Shown here piece after piece: positions 24,053-24,261 of a DNA stretch of 24,261 bases. Below the pieces are notes generated by a model, which saw nothing but the letters and a program-made list of their open reading frames with translations, was not told the DNA's origin and ran no database searches. Origin of the DNA: a virus (Duplodnaviria > Caudoviricetes); IMG/VR virus record IMGVR_UViG_3300005326_000127, positions 1 to 24,261 of that record; one strand, 5' to 3'. Positions within the stretch are counted from its first letter, which is position 1. Each line of letters opens with the position of its first letter. A program made the translations under genes and the position numbers.

Positions 24053-24099
24053 TTCTTCATGCCCCCCTATAATTATCTTATTCTTCATGCCCCCCTATA
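24043..24099. repeat. Tandem 28-bp repeat at the putative prophage end
   Basis: AATT(T/A)TCTTATTCTTCATGCCCCCCTAT twice; the 24-bp core is identical at 24048-24071 and 24076-24099. Confidence 0.9.
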
Positions 24100-24140
24100 G
24101 TTTCCGCGGCAAGCACCTGCACCCCAGGCGCAACCGGAAT

Positions 24141-24174
24141 AAAAAAAGGGTTTCCGTGATCAACGGAAACCCTT
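24141..24174 (-). terminator. Intrinsic terminator of the tRNA gene
   Basis: Minus strand AAGGGTTTCCGT-TGATC-ACGGAAACCC-TTTTTTT. Confidence 0.88.
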
Positions 24175-24182
24175 GATATTAT

Positions 24183-24257
<75 letters not shown>

Positions 24258-24261
24258 TTAT

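Larger units (their letters stand above)
1..24099 (-). mobile_element. Mu-like transposable prophage, left part (continues beyond position 1)
   Basis: DDE transposase plus AAA ATPase, GemA, Mor, terminase, portal, F, G, protease, capsid, gp36/37/38 and sheath in Mu order; repeats at 23885-24099 suggest the end. Exact terminal base uncertain. Confidence 0.95.

Noticed and set aside
24043-24099. Possible mini-CRISPR array
   Set aside because: Only two copies, 4-bp separation, no spacer and no cas genes.

Overview
The window holds the left ~24 kb of a Mu-like (transposable, contractile-tailed) prophage, read right to left. Its likely left end (~24099) lies ~85 bp downstream of a host tRNA-Gln(CTG). 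From the right end the order is: AT-rich membrane-protein moron, HTH/S24 repressor, face-to-face promoter switch, and the early operon (Cro/Ner-like, DDE transposase, AAA ATPase, DUF3164, GemA, Mor/C activator). Then come the lysis cassette (M15 endolysin, 3TM holin, DksA/TraR finger), terminase, portal, MuF, gpG, protease/scaffold, capsid, neck genes and the start of the tail sheath. The best signals are missed by the ORF track. (1) A promoter-driven kissing-loop ncRNA lies antisense and directly after a MuF gene with a PBECR2-like nuclease tail, where an immunity gene would be expected; it is a candidate RNA antitoxin/partner. (2) A complete type II hammerhead ribozyme sits inside the early operon. 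(3) A plus-strand gene is nested wholly inside a translationally coupled minus-strand ORF. (4) There is a signal-peptide-bearing restriction-fold protein and a mini sigma-region-4 gene interrupted by TGA. (5) A tandemly duplicated 28-bp motif marks the end beside the tRNA. Family assignments come from motifs recognised by eye plus synteny; no searches or folding programs were run.
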